Source of the DNA: a virus
Taxonomy: Duplodnaviria > Heunggongvirae > Uroviricota > Caudoviricetes
Virus record (IMG/VR): IMGVR_UViG_2778261418_000018
Location: 1-36,850 of that record
DNA: 36,850 nucleotides
Reading direction: 5' to 3' (one strand)
The notes below the pieces were generated by a model. The model searched no databases. It saw nothing but the letters and a program-made list of their open reading frames with translations, and was not told the DNA's origin. A program made the position numbers and the translations under genes. Shown piece by piece: positions 35,496 through 36,850 of this stretch (its first letter is position 1; each line of letters starts with the position of its first letter).

Positions 35496-35843
35496 ATGAA
35501 AGTAAAAAAGGTTCAACTATTAGTTACTTTTTTATCTATGTTTTCTTTTTCCGCCGTCGCAATGCCTTTTAAAAATATTGAACGTGAGAGTTTCAATGGG
35601 GTATGGCCATTTAATACTGATGAGGTTCAATTACAGTGTCTTGATGGTAATCCTTATGTGATGAATTTTGACGATAATAAGTTATATGCGCTTACAGGTT
35701 TGGCTCGAATAAAAGGTAAAACATTTGGTGCGTTACCGTTAGATAACAATAATCCATTTTGGCTAGATAATGATGCCGCCCCAGGGTTAAAAAAGAGTCT
35801 GGGGGATGTCACTAAGGCTGCATTTGATTTATGTGATAAGTAA
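35496..35843 (+). CDS. secreted/periplasmic small protein, YebY (DUF2511)-like
   Basis: Signal peptide MKVKKVQLLVTFLSMFSFSAVA; two Cys; W-FN--EV-L-C--GN-YV pattern resembles YebY as recalled. Confidence 0.55.
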   Translation: MKVKKVQLLVTFLSMFSFSAVAMPFKNIERESFNGVWPFNTDEVQLQCLDGNPYVMNFDDNKLYALTGLARIKGKTFGALPLDNNNPFWLDNDAAPGLKKSLGDVTKAAFDLCDK

Positions 35844-35848
35844 CTAAA

Positions 35849-36850
35849 ATGTCGGTTCGTAAGATTCCATCAGGTAAATGGCTTTGCGAATGTTATCCCT
35901 ACGGGGCATCGGGAAAACGCATTCGTAAACAGTTTGCGACAAAAAGTGAGGCGCTCTCTTATGAGCGCCGTTTAATGAATAGTAGAGTTGGAGAGGAGTT
36001 TCAAGATGGTTCTGGTCCTCGTCTTTCTGAGTTGATTGCTCGTTGGTTTGAGATGTACGGTAAAACCTTGTCCTCTGGTGCAGAGCGCAAAGTCAAACTT
36101 GAGGCGATTTGTTCCAGGCTGGGAGATCCATTTGCTTCTCAGTTTGACAAAAATATGTTTGCTACTTATAGGGAAAGAAGGCTATCAGGAGAATGGAATC
36201 CCAAGGGGAAGAAAAAACTTAGTGAAGCAACCGTTAATCGCGAGCAGTCATATCTACATGCTGTTTTTGCCGAACTGAAGCGACTTGGGGAGTGGTCTGG
36301 TGAAAACCCCCTGACTGGTATTCGCAAGTTTCGTGAGGAAGAAAAGGAACTGGCGTTTCTGTATGTAGATGAGATTGAACGCCTTCTGATTGCGTGTGAT
36401 GAGTCACGGAATAAAGATTTGGGGGTTGTTGTCCGTATTGGGCTTGCGACTGGTGCTCGGTGGAGTGAAGCAGAAGGATTAAAGCAATCTCAAGTACTGC
36501 CCGGTCGAATCACATTTGTTAAAACTAAAGGAAAGAAGAACCGCACTGTACCGATTTCACCTCAATTGCAGGCTATGCTTCCTAAAAAACGAGGAGCGCT
36601 ATTTTCACCATGTTATGAGGCTTTTGACGCTGCAATTAAGAGAGCGAAGATCGAGCTTCCTGATGGGCAATTAACTCATGTGCTACGTCACACTTTTGCC
36701 AGTCATTTTATGATGCGGGGCGGAAATATTCTTGTGTTGCAAAAAATACTGGGGCATAGCGATATAAAAATGACTATGCGTTATGCGCATTTTGCTCCAG
36801 GTCATTTAGAGGCTGCTGTTGAATTGAACCCTTTTGACAATAGAGGGTAA
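35849..36850 (+). CDS. int: tyrosine integrase (P2 Int family)
   Basis: 333 aa; catalytic residues in ATGARWSE (Arg), HVLRHTFAS (His-x-x-Arg), MRYAH (Tyr); stop codon at window end. Confidence 0.9.
   Translation: MSVRKIPSGKWLCECYPYGASGKRIRKQFATKSEALSYERRLMNSRVGEEFQDGSGPRLSELIARWFEMYGKTLSSGAERKVKLEAICSRLGDPFASQFDKNMFATYRERRLSGEWNPKGKKKLSEATVNREQSYLHAVFAELKRLGEWSGENPLTGIRKFREEEKELAFLYVDEIERLLIACDESRNKDLGVVVRIGLATGARWSEAEGLKQSQVLPGRITFVKTKGKKNRTVPISPQLQAMLPKKRGALFSPCYEAFDAAIKRAKIELPDGQLTHVLRHTFASHFMMRGGNILVLQKILGHSDIKMTMRYAHFAPGHLEAAVELNPFDNRG

Larger units (their letters stand above)
1381..36850. mobile_element. P2-family prophage (left end approximate; right att lies beyond the window)
   Basis: Near-complete P2 gene set in P2-like order: ogr, D, FETU, H-G tail fibre, I, J, W, V, S, R, lysis, X, L, M, N, O, P, Q, A, cox-like, repressor, int. 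Confidence 0.85.

Overview
The window is almost entirely a P2-family (Peduovirus-like) myovirus prophage lying next to a host tRNA operon (tRNA-Gly(GCC), tRNA-Cys(GCA), tRNA-Leu(TAA); glyW-cysT-leuZ-like). All calls rest on reading the sequence and the supplied ORF translations; no searches or computations were run. From left to right: a small cassette beside the tRNAs bracketed by diverged direct repeats; ogr and D (minus strand); the tail operon FI-FII-E/E'-T-U on the plus strand, i.e. inverted relative to canonical P2 order; a Gin/Hin/Pin-type invertase and an invertible tail-fibre segment with gix-like crossover sites; then H, I, J, W, V, S, R, lysis genes, X, L, M, N, O (minus), P and Q (plus) and the cos-proximal region. 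Between cos and replication gene A sits an AT-rich two-gene cargo cassette (AAA+ ATPase plus S8 subtilase), which is the strongest defence-system candidate; its architecture matches what I recall of the IetAS family, so it may be known rather than new. Further right are A, an array of translationally coupled small early ORFs (including an unlisted 30-aa hydrophobic peptide), the immunity switch, a CI-type repressor, two cargo genes in the lysogenic operon (a membrane-anchored protein and a secreted YebY-like protein) and the integrase. The second att site is beyond the window.
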